Assembly: GCF_006345805.1 (NCBI RefSeq)
Contig: NC_043010.1
Span: 64,480,001 to 64,544,000 of the forward strand
Source: Octopus sinensis
Lineage: Eukaryota
Reading direction: 5' to 3'
DNA: 64,000 nt
Shown: positions 55,600 to 64,000 of the stretch, piece by piece
How the letters are laid out: every line of letters begins with the position of its first letter
Numbering within the stretch: position 1 is the first letter of the stretch
The notes under the pieces: model-generated
Seen by the model: the letters and a program-made list of their open reading frames with translations, nothing else
What the model was told of the DNA's origin: nothing
Databases searched by the model: none
Program-made: the position numbers and the translations under genes

Positions 55600-56727
55600 G
55601 TAAGCAGACACACACACACATACAACCAGAGACACTCATAATCCCTCTGTCTCTCTGCGTCTCTCTCTTTGTCTCTTTTGTCCGTCTGTCTGTCTGTCTG
55701 TCTCACGCACACACAATGTAATATACCCTTAAATGAAGACATATATATCATAAAGGGAGCGGTGATATACAGATATATACTGATGCGTATAAACCAACCG
55801 AGCGACACATTTAGCCACGGGGTAAAATGTAAGTCTGCGGTAAATATGGGTTGGATAAGAGAACGCGGTATTAATTTTTATATCGATATACAAACATACA
55901 TATGTATCGATATATATATATATATATATCTTTTACTCTTTTACTTGTTACAGTGATTTGACTGCGGCCATGTATACATGAATTGTGTGGTGAAAGATAA
56001 GGTACATATATATATATATACATATGCACGTGAGAAGACATACACACACATACAACCAGAGACACACATAATCCCTCGGTCTCTCTGCGTCTCTCTCTTT
56101 CTCTCTTTTGTCCGTCTGTCTGTCTCACTCACACACAATGTAATATACCCAGAAATTAAGACACAAGTATCATAAACGGAGCGGTGATATACAGATGTAT
56201 ACTGATGCGTATAAACCAACCGAGCGACACATTTAGCCACAGGGTAAAATGTAAGTCTGCGGTAAATATGGGTTGGAGAAGAGAACGCGGGATTAATTTT
56301 TATATCGATATACAAACATACATATATATCGATATATATATATATATATCTTTTACTCTTTTACTTTTACTTGTTACAGTGATTTGACTGCGGCCATGCT
56401 GGAGCACCGCCTTTAATCGAGCAACTCGACCCCAGGACTTATTCTTTTGTAAGCCCAGTACTTATTCTATCTGTCTCTTTTGCCGAACCGCTATGTAACG
56501 GGGACATAAACACACCAGTATCGGTTGTCAAGCAATGCTAAGGGGACAAACACAGGCATACAAAACACACACGCACACATATACATATATACGACGGGCT
56601 TCTTTAAGTTTCCGTCTACTAAATCCACTCACAAGGCTTTGGTCGGCCCGAGCCTATAGTAAAAACAAATTGCCCAAGGTGCCATGTGGTTGGTAAACAA
56701 GCTACTTACCACACAGCCACTCCTGCT

Positions 56728-56804
<77 letters not shown>

Positions 56805-57844
56805 GCAGTCCTAGAGGAAGTAGGGGTAGAGAAGAGAGAGGGGGAGAAGAGAGGAAGGCGGAGAGACACAAAGAGAGAGAGAGAGAGAAGATGAGAGAGA
56901 GTGTGTGTGAGAGGGACAGGTAGTTAGTTTGATAGAGAACGAAGGTAAAGTTAAAGAGATGAAGTGAATGGAGATAGACGGGATCGGAGAAGGATATACA
57001 AAGATGATACTTATTTTCACATGTATAGATAATGAACAGTAGTTATACATTTGTTTCTCATCTATATAAGTTTTGCTCTATGTTACATCTGCCCATTTTT
57101 CTTTGGTTGTACTAGAAAGACGACAAGGAGTGAAATAAAGGGATGAAATGAATGTAGATGACCGCGGTCCGAGAATGATATACAAAGAAAATACCTATAT
57201 TTCACTTATGTTATTCACTGAACAATAGTTATATACATTTGTTTCTCAATTCACTTTATCTTTCTGTATAGTACGTGTGCGGAACATTCTGTGTAAATAG
57301 TGGCTTTCAAAACGAAGAAGCCTCTTTAAAGGATAAAAAACAGCCAAACGATCATTTATCATCACACTGAAATGTGGAGTTATGTTGAAGTTGTGGATCA
57401 CAGTTGAAATATTCTAACGAGTAACATTCCAATAAGTAAATGGCAACTTCTTAACACTTGGTACACGTAAATAGATTGAAGTACGGTATGTATAAGAGGA
57501 AGACTATATGGACCGATAAAAACAAAGGATTGTGTGATACTGGAAGTTGATAAGAATTGCAATATTCTCTCTACAATATTGTTTTAAAGAATGTATCGTG
57601 GACATGGATGTTATAACATTACGATCAAGAAAGAGAAAGCTTCTACGAAGTTTCAAATTGTGATAAAAAAAAAAATACAAAATGCTTTTCCTTTTCAAAT
57701 CTCTTCTTCCCGAAGCTTACATTTAGAATGATACGAAAATGTACAATGTGTGGATTATAGTGGACTGGAAGAAACTTCTACATACCGTATATTTACCATG
57801 AAGTAGCGTAGGAAACGTTTGGTTAATCTTCATATTTCTTGTAG

Positions 57845-57944
57845 NNNNNNNNNNNNNNNNNNNNNNNNNNNNNNNNNNNNNNNNNNNNNNNNNNNNNNNN
57901 NNNNNNNNNNNNNNNNNNNNNNNNNNNNNNNNNNNNNNNNNNNN
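57845..57944. other. Assembly gap (100 N)
   Basis: Seen directly. The array length and the adjacency across the gap are uncertain. Confidence 1.
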
Positions 57945-58680
57945 TATAAGTGCGTATGAGAGGTCTGGACGTGTGTATGTATAGGGTTGGTGTATGTATT
58001 AGTATGTTAGTATGTATTAGTACGTATTAGTATGTATTAGTTGGTGTATGTATTAGTATGGCACATCATATGATGTGATGTTTAAAGTCGTGTGGTGTAG
58101 TGTGGGGAGAGAGGAGAGGGGGAGGGGGAGAAGAGGGGGAAGAGGAGAGGAGGGGGAGAGGAGGGGGAGAGGGGGAGAGAGAGAGGGGGAGAAGGAGGAA
58201 AGAGGGAGAGGGGGAGAGAGAAGGGGAGTGAGGGAGCAGAGGGAAGGGGAAGAGGAAGGAGGGAGGGAGAAAGGGAAGAAGGGAAGGGGAAGAGGGAGGG
58301 GAAGAAGGAAGGGAGTAGGGGTGAAAGGATGAAGGACTGAAGAAAGTAGGGGTCGGGGGGATAGGTGAGGAGGGGGAGAGGGGGGTTAGATGAGGAGGGG
58401 GGGAGAGTTGAGACCAAATGGGTATAAGAGCGAGAGAGAAGATTAATTCCTGTTCACGGCGCAAACGGGAATCCGGATGGCCTCTGTGTAAGGACAAACC
58501 GAACACAGATAGGTGTTGCAAGGAGTGACCGGTGGAGCGGAAATGGCGTGAGACCGGTGTGTCGTTCGCAAGGTGGATGTCACGAAGGTGTTCCGCGAAC
58601 CGGTCAGCCAAGCGATGTCCGATGTACAAGGAATGGCAATATATATATACAACAAAAGAGGGAGTAGTGTTTCCATGCAG
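57945..58680 (-). mobile_element. Penelope-like element 3' fragment (GIY-YIG endonuclease of a different PLE family) with pyrimidine-rich tail
   Basis: Minus strand VVYIYC..LYIGHRLADRFAEHLRDIHLANDTPVSRHFRSTGHS..RLRREQELIFSL matches the PLE pattern YIG..L..RF.EH..V..HF...H..R...E...I. Confidence 0.85.
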
Positions 58681-58897
58681 GAAAAAAATATAGGAAAATA
58701 CGTTGTTGAAAATACACTTAAATTTCAAAAGCTCGTAAATGTTTAAAATACATTTCTTTTCATATATACCAAACCAGTTTCAACAATAATTTTTGTTTAT
58801 CAATGGTAAAAGTGTTAAATTAGAAAAACAACGTTTATTAGTTTCAATGTTAACAAATCAAAATACATATACATACATACATACATACATACATACA

Positions 58898-58933
<36 letters not shown>

Positions 58934-58936
58934 TAT

Positions 58937-59545
58937 ATTTAAAAATAGGATCAAATATTCATAAGAATTTATCAAGAGAAAAAAGCCATTTTTTCCTTTG
59001 AATATATTTTTTTATATTATATAGTGGGCATTATTACACATAAATGCCACACGCTAAGAGGGACTATTAAAGTCAAAACTACTAAAATAAATAAACACAT
59101 CGTACCGAAACCAACTCTCGAAGCAAGTCATTTAATAAGAGAATTCAGCTGCGTATCACACTGCGATTTCGTAATCAGTGCAGTTTTATGCACTTTTCAC
59201 TCCTCAGTGCAAGCATAATTCAAGATATATAATGAATGAACAAAAACAACATACCAGGTGAACAGCTATCGTATCCAACGCAGCATGTAGAATTGTTTAC
59301 CCCTTATACATCTATGTAAATGGCGGGCTTTTTCGAATTGCATTTCGGTTACAAAAAATATAAAATATTCGGAATAAAAATTCATTATTGAATATACCCC
59401 GGTTAAATTTACAATTTAAAAATAGGATAGAATCTTCATAAGAATTTATCAAGTGGTTAGCGTGAAAAACCTAGTAAAAGAAAAAAGCCATCAATTTTTT
59501 CCTTTAGATAATTTTTTTAATATTATATAGAGGGCATTATTACAC
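58937..59545 (-). mobile_element. Small non-coding element with terminal direct repeats (about 58937-59041 and 59416-59547) and an internal hammerhead
   Basis: TTTAAAAATAGGAT..CATAAGAATTTATCAAG..GGGCATTATTACACATA is repeated at about 480-505 bp spacing. Confidence 0.65.
59149..59212 (-). ncRNA. Type I hammerhead ribozyme motif
   Basis: Minus strand TTGCA-CTGAGGA-GTGAAAAGTGCATAAAACTGCACTGATTAC-GAAA-TCGCAGTGTG-ATA-CGCAG. Extended stem II, near-palindromic stem III, AUA site. The first pair of stem I is mismatched. Confidence 0.7.
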
Positions 59546-59704
59546 ATATTACATTTACAGATAAATTCCTCTATTTACATTATATCGAGGTCTCTTTCTT
59601 TCTTTTGTTGTCTTACCGTTTTTATCAATATATGTATATATGTATATATTAATATATATATATTAAAGAGACCTCGATATTATGTAAATAGAGGAATTTA
59701 TCTG

Positions 59705-59922
59705 TAAATGTAATATCTGACAATTATTCGGTAGCCATGATAAAACTCCGAGTTTCGGATGCCGAGGTAGAAATCCACGCGCATTCTCTTCAGTATCCGG
59801 CCATCAGAGGCAGTTTTCTGATGGCCGGATAACTGAAGAGATGGCGGCGTGGATTTCCACCTCGGCATCCGAAACTCGGAGTTTTATCATGGCTACCGAA
59901 TAATTGTCACATATTACATTTA
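59705..59922. repeat. About 100-bp-arm inverted repeat with a hammerhead in each arm (+ 59828-59888; - 59739-59798)
   Basis: Arms 59705-59807 and 59818-59922 with a 10-nt spacer. The + arm reads GATAA-CTGAAGA-GATG..CATCC-GAAA-CTCGGA-GTT-TTATC. Confidence 0.8.
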
Positions 59923-59992
59923 GATACATACATACATACATACATACATACATACACATACATACATACATACACACATTCACACAGACACA

Positions 59993-60037
<45 letters not shown>

Positions 60038-60038
60038 G

Positions 60039-60069
<31 letters not shown>

Positions 60070-60218
60070 GTATTTACATAGGTGAGAGAGTTGGTGTGTG
60101 AAAGCACGTGGTTGAATGTATAAAAAATAAAAAAGAGTGAAAAAACTACAGAAGGTTTGCATTACAAGGTTAAAGAATATATTTAAGTCGTTTTGTTAGA
60201 AAATGTTATAAAATTTTG

Positions 60219-60980
60219 TGTATAGTAACATAGTTTTTGGAGAAATAACCGGTAACGTATATTCTTTTCAAATTTCTCAAATTTCTTTACATGGCCTGGA
60301 CCAATCTTTGGTCGAAACATATCTAAGTTTATCTAAGTTTATATCGTGTCATGTCTTCGCTATGAAGAGAAGAGTTCCAGGCAGGGGAAGGTAATCAGGG
60401 ATTTCTTACGGTATAAGGGAGATAATCGCGATATGTTTTTCTTTGAAGAAAACCCTGATTACCTTCCTGGAACTCTTCACTTCATAGCGAAGACATGACA
60501 CGATGTAGGTAAAGAAATTTGCGAAATTTGAAAAGAATATACGAAACCAGTTATTTCTCCAAAAACTATGTTACTATACATAAAATCTAAATTGCAATTA
60601 CAATTAAAATTGCAATGCAATTAAAAACATTTATGTATTAAGAATTTGGGTACTTTACCAACAGTATATTGGATAAATGATATTCCATAGTGGGTTACAT
60701 CCGTAACCTCTATCATACTTTGTTCAATAAAGTTAATTATTTGTGAAATATCTATTACTAATACTTGTATATGTATGAATTATCTATGCAATATTTGAAG
60801 TACTGCTAGTATAAGTGAATGCATTTAAGTATAGTATATTGAATTCTCAAAATTAATACTGTTGGAAAAATGGAGAAAATATGGATTGATTCATCACTGA
60901 AAGATATACCCATACCAACCAAGGACTATTACACCAAGGAACTAATATATAGGATTAATGAATTCATCCACAGGATTAGG
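60219..60980 (+). mobile_element. 5' region of a Naiad-like PLE with an inverted upstream duplication and the ORF start
   Basis: Inverted arms at about 60219-60405 and 60446-60580. From ATG 60870: MEKIWIDSSLKDIPIPTKDYYTKELIYRINEFIHRIR, resembling the SLKNIPIP..Y...LI...E.FI.RMR N-terminus of these PLEs. A reverse copy of 60600-60720 lies at about 62500-62615. Confidence 0.65.
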
Positions 60981-61097
60981 TATGCTTTTGATGTTCTCAT
61001 TTGTAAAATGAATAAATAATCTAACGTTATAATATCCGTAAGTTAATGAACAAACTAAATTTGTTTCTCCATTTTCTTATTTGTATTATATATATAT

Positions 61098-61142
<45 letters not shown>

Positions 61143-61325
61143 TATATATATATATATATAATATATTTATATAGCGGGCTGGCCTGCTAGGTAGCCGCTG
61201 ACTGCTAGAAAAAGATCATCAACGATCAAACTACAAGGGAAGTTCTCTAGAGGAAGAATTCAGCGAACACCAGAACCAAATTTGGCGGGCAGGACATATG
61301 AAAATTTAAATAAAAAACAGACTTA

Positions 61326-61402
61326 AATGCATACCTCGGTTTCAGTCTTTAACAAAAGAATTACTTACATAATTCAAATGTCCGTGACTTCATCAGTACA
61401 TT
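61326..61402 (-). ncRNA. Type I hammerhead ribozyme, copy 1
   Basis: Reverse complement AATGTA-CTGATGA-AGTC..GACT-GAAA-CCGAG-GTA-TGCATT. Confidence 0.82.
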
Positions 61403-61871
61403 CGGTCATCGAGATGCAAACTGTGAAACTAACCACAGCTCTCTGTGTCAAGACAGACATGTGCTTAGTTCTACCGATTACATCGGGGATAAAATTTCAA
61501 ATGTCTTGGTTCTGGCGCGCTAAGAAATTCCTGAAGCGAAGGGCTGCAGTGAATAATTCACTGCGGTTAGTGCTTACTACTAGGGAACGTATTTATTTCA
61601 ATATTTAAATAATGAGGGAGATAAATTAATATTAATTTTAATATCAATTTAAAACCAGTAGTCCAGCATTCAAAAAATCTGATAAGTCAGAGAAAATTCT
61701 AATATATGTGTATATAGGCAGGGCTGGCCTGCTAGGTAGCCGGCCGAATGCTAGAAAAAGATCATCAACGATCAAACTACAAGGGAAGTTCTCTAGAGGA
61801 AGAATTCAGCGAACACCAGAACCAAATTTGGCGGGCAGGTCATATAAAAATTTAAATAAAAAACAGACTTA

Positions 61872-61948
61872 AATGCATACCTCGGTTTCAGTCTTTAACA
61901 AAAGAATTACTTACAAAATTCAAATGTCCGTGACTTCATCAGTACATT
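61872..61948 (-). ncRNA. Type I hammerhead ribozyme, copy 2
   Basis: Same motif as copy 1, offset by 546 nt. Confidence 0.82.
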
Positions 61949-62058
61949 CGGTCATCGAGATGCAAACCGTAAAACTAACCCCAGCTCTCTAAAACTAAGC
62001 ACGTGTCTGTCTTGACACAGAGCTGGGGTTAGTTTTACAGTTTGCATCTCGATGACCG

Positions 62059-62134
62059 AATGTACTGATGAAGTCACGGACATTTGAATTTGTAAGTAAT
62101 TCTTTTGTTAAAGACTGAAACCGAGGTATGCATT
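62059..62134 (+). ncRNA. Type I hammerhead ribozyme, copy 3 (inverted)
   Basis: AATGTA-CTGATGA-AGTC-(long loop)-GACT-GAAA-CCGAG-GTA-TGCATT. 6-bp stem I, 4-bp stem II, stem III ACC/GGT with a 2-nt loop, GUA site. Confidence 0.82.
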
Positions 62135-62440
62135 TAAGTCTGTTTTTTATTTAAATTTTCATTCGGCCGGCTACCTAGCAGGCCAGCCCTGCCTATATAC
62201 ACATTGTCTATATAAAATAGACAATTTGTCTATTTTCGGCATACTTGGCATTAGAATTACCTTCTTTTGCCCTTGGTTATTAGTTGTTTATACATACATA
62301 CATGCATACATACATACATACATACATACATATACACACACAAACACACACATATATATACATATACGTATACATATATATATACATATATACATATATA
62401 CATATATATAGATATATATGTGTATATATATATGTATATA

Positions 62441-62477
<37 letters not shown>

Positions 62478-62689
62478 GTATATATATTTATATATGTACA
62501 AAGTAAGATAGGGGTTATAAGGGTAACCCACTATGGGATATCAGTTATCCAATATACTGCAGGTGAAGTACCCAAATATTAAATATATAAATGCTTATAA
62601 TTGCAATGCAATTAATTCATTTATTGTATTGGATGTGTGAAGGTAAAATAGTTTACCATAAATTCATAATACAAATAAGAAAATGTAGG

Positions 62690-62982
62690 CGTGATCGTTA
62701 CCAACATCGCTTCACTGGCACCTGTGTCGGTGGCACGTGTAAAAAGATTCGAGCGAGGTCATTGCCAGTACCGCCTGATTGGCCTCCGTGCAGGTGGCAC
62801 TAAAAAGCACCCACTACACTCTCGGAGTGGTTGGCGTTAGGAAGGGCATCCAGCTGTAGAAACTCTGCCAGATCAAGACTGGAGCCTGGTGCAACCATCT
62901 GGTTGCCAGCCTTAGTCAGAACCGTCCAACCCATGATAGCATGGAAAACGGACGTTAAACGGTGATGATGATGATGATGATA
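62690..62982 (+). mobile_element. 3' part of a SINE with an RTE-like (GAT)n tail
   Basis: GAGTGGTTGGCGTTAGGAAGGGCATCCAGCTGTAGAAAC motif and end CGGACGTTAAACGGTGATGATGATG. Confidence 0.65.
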
Positions 62983-63156
62983 TATACATATATATATATG
63001 TATATATATATACATATATATATGTATATATATACATATATATAAATATACATATATTTATACATATATATATATAACATATATATATATATATACATGT
63101 ATATGTATATATATATGTATATATGTATATGTACATAATATATACATATATATGTA

Positions 63157-63191
<35 letters not shown>

Positions 63192-63195
63192 CTAT

Positions 63196-63227
<32 letters not shown>

Positions 63228-63237
63228 ATAATATATA

Positions 63238-63277
<40 letters not shown>

Positions 63278-64000
63278 TATATATATATAAGTAGATAAAT
63301 GGTACAAGGCACCCGATATTTACTGGAAAATAGCAATCGATATAAATACGACGCTATTGTATAACTTCACTATTTTTTTCATGTTTGTTGCACACACACA
63401 CGTCTTTGTTGTATATACGCAGCCAAGCTATACAATTATTTATTAATAATTTATAGTATACTCATATATACTCATAGACAGTTCCGTCTATAACACCTAT
63501 ATATCCATAGATATATTCACGCGAGCATACACTATTTCATACGTGCGTATTTGTTTGTATATAAATATACGAGTTATTCGTCCCTGATACAGTGTTTCCC
63601 TTTCTCTCAAACCTGTCTCTCTGTTTATCCTTCTCTGTGTAGTTTATGCTGATGTACATATGTATACAATTTCTACACGTCCATAAACTATACAACCCAC
63701 TCTTGCTCTCTGTCTCACTTCTATTCTCTCTTCCCCTCTGCTCGCTCCCACCCCGCTGATCTGCCTTACTCTTTCTCTCTCTCTGTCTTACCATTCTCCT
63801 CTTCTGACATCCTCCCTATCTGTTTCTCCTCCCCACAGACCCACAATCCCGCTCTCTCATCACTCTCTCTCCCCTCTCTCTGCCACCCTCTGCTAGACTT
63901 CCACCTGCTTTCTCTCTCTGCGTCTCTCCCCGCCGCTTTCGCTCAGGTCAATTTAATCGAATGTCACCCCCTCTCTGTCCCACTACTTCACTCAGTCTCT

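Larger units (their letters stand above)
61176..62202 (-). mobile_element. Non-coding PLE/retrozyme-like element: two direct repeats (61176-61470, 61721-61990) plus a tail-to-tail inverted copy (61993-62202)
   Basis: Near-identical GGGCTGGCCTGCTAGGTAGCCG.. blocks at 545-bp spacing. The third copy is reversed and has an internal deletion. Confidence 0.8.

Noticed and set aside
57000-57844. Extra small indels in the last array unit
   Set aside because: Mostly homopolymer-type changes next to the gap, more likely low-coverage consensus error than biology.
60290-60330. GACCAA-TCT-TTGGTC-GAAA-CATATC hammerhead-like half
   Set aside because: The CUGANGA box and stem I are missing. At best a relic.

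Overview
This is AT-rich, microsatellite-dense animal DNA. The SINE, LINE and (TA)n landscape suggests an octopod cephalopod, which is inference and not shown directly. The only host gene I can support is the 3' part of a + strand tandem-domain (receptor-type-like) protein tyrosine phosphatase. It has 9 GT-AG exons between 3501 and 26079 with consistent phases, covering the end of D1 and a catalytically dead D2 (HGSDGMKNS in place of HCSAGVGRT). The rest is mobile or repetitive DNA: (1) three stacks of restriction-like-endonuclease non-LTR retrotransposons (R4/Dong-like), one bounded on both sides by (AAT)n; (2) tRNA-derived SINEs, non-autonomous Helitrons and a Tc1/mariner fragment; (3) Penelope-like element (PLE) fragments; (4) a >21 kb SINE-containing macrosatellite of 2.3/2.8 kb units with a 5.12 kb higher-order repeat, running into a 100-N gap. 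The most notable unannotated signal is at least five sequence-unrelated type I hammerhead ribozyme motifs (about 2970, 38950, 59149, 59739/59828, 61326/61872/62059). They lie in small non-coding elements built from direct and tail-to-tail inverted repeats at (TA)n tracts, resembling PLE pseudo-LTRs or retrozymes that could release about 360-550 nt RNA monomers. All folds and translations were done by eye and need computational confirmation.
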